A stretch of DNA of 56,769 nucleotides. Origin: Phenylobacterium sp. (lineage in GTDB: Bacteria > Pseudomonadota > Alphaproteobacteria > Caulobacterales > Caulobacteraceae). Of this stretch, positions 56,072-56,769 are shown piece by piece. The translations under genes were made by a program, and so were the position numbers. The stretch is taken from contig NZ_JAUXZW010000179.1 in NCBI RefSeq assembly GCF_030693805.1, positions 1 through 56,769 of the forward strand, given 5' to 3'. How positions within the stretch are numbered: position 1 is the first letter of the stretch; each line of letters begins with the position of its first letter. The notes beneath the pieces were generated by a model that did not search any database, had not been told where the DNA came from, and saw only the letters and a list, made by a program, of their open reading frames with translations.

Positions 56072-56769
56072 GCGCGCGCCCGCAACCGGCTCAACCGCGC
56101 CGCCAGCGGTTCGGCGAATTTCGACATCAACGCCGGGCGGCCCGCCAGCACCGCCAGCGCCGCCCCGACCTCACGGCGCTTCAGATGCGCGGCGAACCGC
56201 TCCCAGGCGAGCAGCGTAGCCAAGGATGCGCGGCGCGCAGTCAGCGCGCGCACCACAGACGCCGAGAGTTGTGCATGGTCGGCGCGGAACCGGTCGTCTG
56301 CGGCCAGCAGCGCAGTCAGCGCCTCCTGCGGCGCGCGATGCGAGATCGAACCGGCGTGCCTTCGATACTGGTACATCGCCGCCGGATCGAGGCGCAGCCG
56401 TTCCCCCCCGGCCAGCAACCGCGCCAGGAAGTCGTAGTCCTCGCCGATGGGCAGGCGTGGGTCGTAACGCAGGCCGGCCGCCTCGATCAGCGCACGATCG
56501 ATCAGCGGCTTGAGGTAGCCCAGCGGCGGCAGCTTCACGCCGCCCGCCTCGCAGGCGATGAAGTCGCGCAGGTCGATCCATGCCGGTGCGGGCACGGCCT
56601 CGGCCGTCAGGTAAAGGCTGCGCTTCGGCGGGTCCTCCCAGAACAGTTCCTGGTTGTCGGCGACGATCCGCGCTGCGTCCGCGCCGGCGCGGGCCAGCAA
56701 GCGCTCCAGCCGATCGGGGCTGATCAGGTCGTCGGCGTCCATCACCGCGACCCAGTCGCCGCGGGCCGC
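56068..56769 (-). CDS. Glycosyltransferase family 2 (ExoO/ExoU-like), 5'-truncated by window edge
   Basis: GDWVAVMDADD, RLERL, VADN, LGYLKP, LRYD..L.IGEDY and Y.YRRH..SIS motifs. Confidence 0.88.
   Translation of the reverse strand, partial: AARGDWVAVMDADDLISPDRLERLLARAGADAARIVADNQELFWEDPPKRSLYLTAEAVPAPAWIDLRDFIACEAGGVKLPPLGYLKPLIDRALIEAAGLRYDPRLPIGEDYDFLARLLAGGERLRLDPAAMYQYRRHAGSISHRAPQEALTALLAADDRFRADHAQLSASVVRALTARRASLATLLAWERFAAHLKRREVGAALAVLAGRPALMSKFAEPLAARLSRLRARA

Noticed and set aside
1-56769. Numerous long alternative ORFs in the six-frame track (e.g. 5939-7756 -, 7886-9502 +, 19491-21740 +, 25113-26657 -, 49734-51323 -)
   Set aside because: These are shadow ORFs expected in high-GC DNA. 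They overlap well-supported genes, are Arg/Pro/Ala/Gly-rich or antisense mirrors, and show no family motifs.
1-56769. CRISPR array, tRNA/rRNA, transposase, integrase or prophage genes
   Set aside because: I saw no regularly spaced repeats, cloverleaf or rRNA-like sequence, or recombinase motifs by eye. A covariance-model search was not possible.

Overview
This is a very GC-rich window with dense gene packing. Gene content and protein style suggest an alphaproteobacterium of the Caulobacteraceae/Phenylobacterium type (inference). I found about 41 intact or edge-truncated CDS and no tRNA, rRNA, CRISPR array or transposase. In order: (1) the end of an aromatic ring-hydroxylating dioxygenase locus (beta subunit, atypical SDR, an unusual HTH-Rieske ferredoxin fusion, ferredoxin reductase); (2) a transglutaminase/DUF2126, circularly permuted ATP-grasp/alpha-E, transglutaminase and N-formylglutamate amidohydrolase cluster; (3) an SDR, a CHASE4-like hybrid kinase, an MFS transporter, an aldo-keto reductase and pyruvate carboxylase; (4) a HAD/methyltransferase/FkbM/2OG-oxygenase cluster, probably for glycan tailoring; (5) a deletion scar with three gene remnants; (6) tannase-family esterase, MFS and DMT genes; (7) a Spy/CpxP protein with a two-component system; (8) a GPx/acyl-CoA dehydrogenase/CitE operon divergent from sthA; (9) a divergent pair of putatively secreted proteases (trypsin-like and CHAT/caspase-like) whose start codons appear to overlap in one CCATGG next to an inverted repeat; (10) DUF445-tesA/ybbA-ybbP; (11) a C-C hydrolase-like gene, DUF5996 and the edge of an exopolysaccharide locus. 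The best candidates for new biology are the head-to-head protease pair and the HTH-Rieske ferredoxin fusion. All family assignments come from motif recognition by eye, not from database searches.
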